Assembly (NCBI GenBank): GCA_002784465.1
Contig: PFLE01000013.1
Location: 10,972 to 74,971, forward strand
Direction: 5' to 3'
From: Candidatus Shapirobacteria bacterium CG_4_10_14_0_8_um_filter_39_15
Lineage (GTDB): Bacteria > Patescibacteriota > Microgenomatia > UM-FILTER-39-15
Length of the DNA stretch: 64,000 nucleotides
The notes under the pieces are model-generated. The model saw nothing but the letters and a program-made list of their open reading frames with translations. It made no database searches and was not told the DNA's origin. The number at the start of each line of letters is the position of its first letter. The first letter of the stretch is position 1. The translations under genes were made by a program, and so were the position numbers. Shown here in pieces: positions 62,614 through 64,000 of the stretch.

Positions 62614-64000
62614 TTACTGTGCGGGGTTTTCGAGAAAGAAACGCGTTATTCCCTTCTTTTGCTCGGTCATTGATATATGATTTCCTTTTGGTAAAAGGGT
62701 TCCTCCTTCTTGCTGGAGAATAATTTTACTTGGTGATAATTTTGTAATTACAGTTTTAATCAAATAACTTCCGTTATTCTCTGGTAATTCGTTTCCTGGT
62801 GTATTAAGGAATTCGCTGTATGTTTCTTTTTTAACATATGTTTTAACCGGAGTGTTAATTAGGCCTAATCCTGACTCAAATTCCAGTGGTTTCGCAAAAT
62901 ATCTTACTGTTTGATTATCAATTACCTCGATAGGGTTTACAAATTGTATGATAATCGCTACGTCTCTTTCTCCATAGACCGGCGGACTCATATTCGGATC
63001 AACTAATCTTTCTGATCCATCATCATACTTGACATATACAAGATTTTCTGTCTGGTTGCGATCAAAAACTTTCAATAAATAACCACCTTCTTGATTGTTA
63101 AAACTCCTAACAATATAGTAGTAAACACCGGTGTAAGGAGCAGTAAACTCAATTCTAGTATCTTTTTGATCTAACATCTGTCCTTGTTCGTCGTAAAGTT
63201 CAGACCTGATAAAACCTCCAGGATTAGTTGTTCTATCTTCCATCGCTACAGTCGTAAGTCTTTGTCCTTTAAATGCTTCAAAGGTATAAAATTTTCCATA
63301 ACCGTCTTTATAAGGAGTGTCGTTTTTAGTAATTCTTTCTGGTAATGGGTCGCCCATCACTTCAATTTTCGTGTATTGATTTTTGTCTATTCCCGCAATG
63401 CTTTCCGCCGCATAAACATAATCTATTATCGTGAAACCTCGACTTAACTTTTGATCAGAACTCGAGACTGATTGTATTAAACTTTCAAACTGATTAGTAA
63501 TCTGTTCGGTTGACTTTCTATACAGCGTTACAACCAATGAATTCCCTTTGTTTGTAAAAGTCGCTTGTTTAACTAGACGATTAGATTTCTGAAAATTTTC
63601 TTTTCCTTCTGTTATAACTACAGATAGGTTATTAATTTTCTTTTGTTCTGTTTTTTCTGCTGTTACGAATGGATTTTTAATCAAACGGGAAGACGAAATA
63701 GACTCTATTTCAACAAAAGAATTTTCTGCACTTACATTAGGAATAAAAAACTTTCCATAAAAATGCTGTTTTGATTGATTAGAAATTTTAGCGCTCCAGT
63801 CTGTGGGCAAGTGAAAAGAAAAACCTGTTTCTAAGGAAACATTTGGTTTGCTGGTAACTTGTTGTGCCGGTTCCTTTATAGTTGTTGGAACAGCTTCCAG
63901 TGGGATAGTTGGTTCTGTTTCCGTTGTCTGACTCGTGCCAAGTTTGGTTGAGACAGAAGTTTTATAAAAATAAAATCCAAAGCTTCCACTTACTAATAAA
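62614..64000 (-). CDS. Hypothetical membrane-anchored or secreted protein, 5' partial (continues past the window end; the track start at 63810 is an internal TTG)
   Basis: Reading frame stays open upstream of 63810 to 64000 (..LLVSGSFGFYFYKTSVSTKLGTSQTTETEPTIPLEAVPTT...), with a hydrophobic anchor then a T/P-rich linker. No family recognised. Confidence 0.45.
   Translation of the reverse strand, partial: LLVSGSFGFYFYKTSVSTKLGTSQTTETEPTIPLEAVPTTIKEPAQQVTSKPNVSLETGFSFHLPTDWSAKISNQSKQHFYGKFFIPNVSAENSFVEIESISSSRLIKNPFVTAEKTEQKKINNLSVVITEGKENFQKSNRLVKQATFTNKGNSLVVTLYRKSTEQITNQFESLIQSVSSSDQKLSRGFTIIDYVYAAESIAGIDKNQYTKIEVMGDPLPERITKNDTPYKDGYGKFYTFEAFKGQRLTTVAMEDRTTNPGGFIRSELYDEQGQMLDQKDTRIEFTAPYTGVYYYIVRSFNNQEGGYLLKVFDRNQTENLVYVKYDDGSERLVDPNMSPPVYGERDVAIIIQFVNPIEVIDNQTVRYFAKPLEFESGLGLINTPVKTYVKKETYSEFLNTPGNELPENNGSYLIKTVITKLSPSKIILQQEGGTLLPKGNHISMTEQKKGITRFFLENPAQ

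Noticed and set aside
1-64000. Alternative genetic code (TGA read as an amino acid, as in some candidate phyla)
   Set aside because: TGA terminates several well-defined genes and overlap junctions (for example MNT/HEPN ATGTTAAATACTGA, and the ATGA VirB4 junction). Long conserved genes have no internal TGA. Standard code 11 fits.

Overview
This is an AT-rich (about 37-40% GC) bacterial chromosomal window read with standard code 11; TGA acts as a stop codon, for example at the overlapping MNT/HEPN junction. The housekeeping backbone includes the replication origin neighbourhood: jag, yidC, yidD, rnpA and rpmH on the minus strand, then divergently dnaA and dnaN, with DnaA boxes on both sides of dnaA. 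Other housekeeping genes are tsaD, valS, rplY, rnhA, a wzx-like flippase, an O-antigen-ligase-like gene, an orphan sugar substrate-binding protein, idsA, idi, dxr, an ECF sigma factor, uppS, smpB, tmRNA (ssrA), comF and two adjacent tRNA-Ser genes. Among these sits accessory content. It includes the parts of a conjugation-type T4SS-like pilus apparatus: a VirB4 ATPase apparently split into two overlapping ORFs, a large M23-peptidase membrane protein, a VirB6-like polytopic protein, a 1098-aa Cys-rich secreted protein, eight VirB2/TrbC-like small pilin paralogs, and a TraD/TrwB-like P-loop ATPase at the window start. It also includes defence and toxin-antitoxin modules: HEPN/MNT, AbiEi/AbiEii, a class II Fic with a C-terminal HTH, three COG1373 AAA+/DUF4143 ATPases, a NYN protein, and a HEPN gene followed by a start-less MNT fragment. 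The most unusual features are: (1) a dispersed family of ~120-bp palindromic MITE/RPE-like repeats, two copies of which sit IN FRAME inside the essential tsaD gene; (2) three four-helix-bundle (23S-IVS / DGR-Avd superfamily) genes, each sitting in the loop of a long imperfect inverted repeat built from a different short-word family; (3) a beta-defensin-like six-cysteine motif fused to two pilin paralogs and recurring at the C-terminus of the 1098-aa surface protein; (4) a 590-aa compositionally distinct orphan protein between the duplicated ATPases and the VirB6-like gene. The low-GC, small-gene, T4SS-pilin-rich character fits a Patescibacteria/CPR-type genome, but that is inference only. All calls come from reading the sequence and ORF track; no database search was run.
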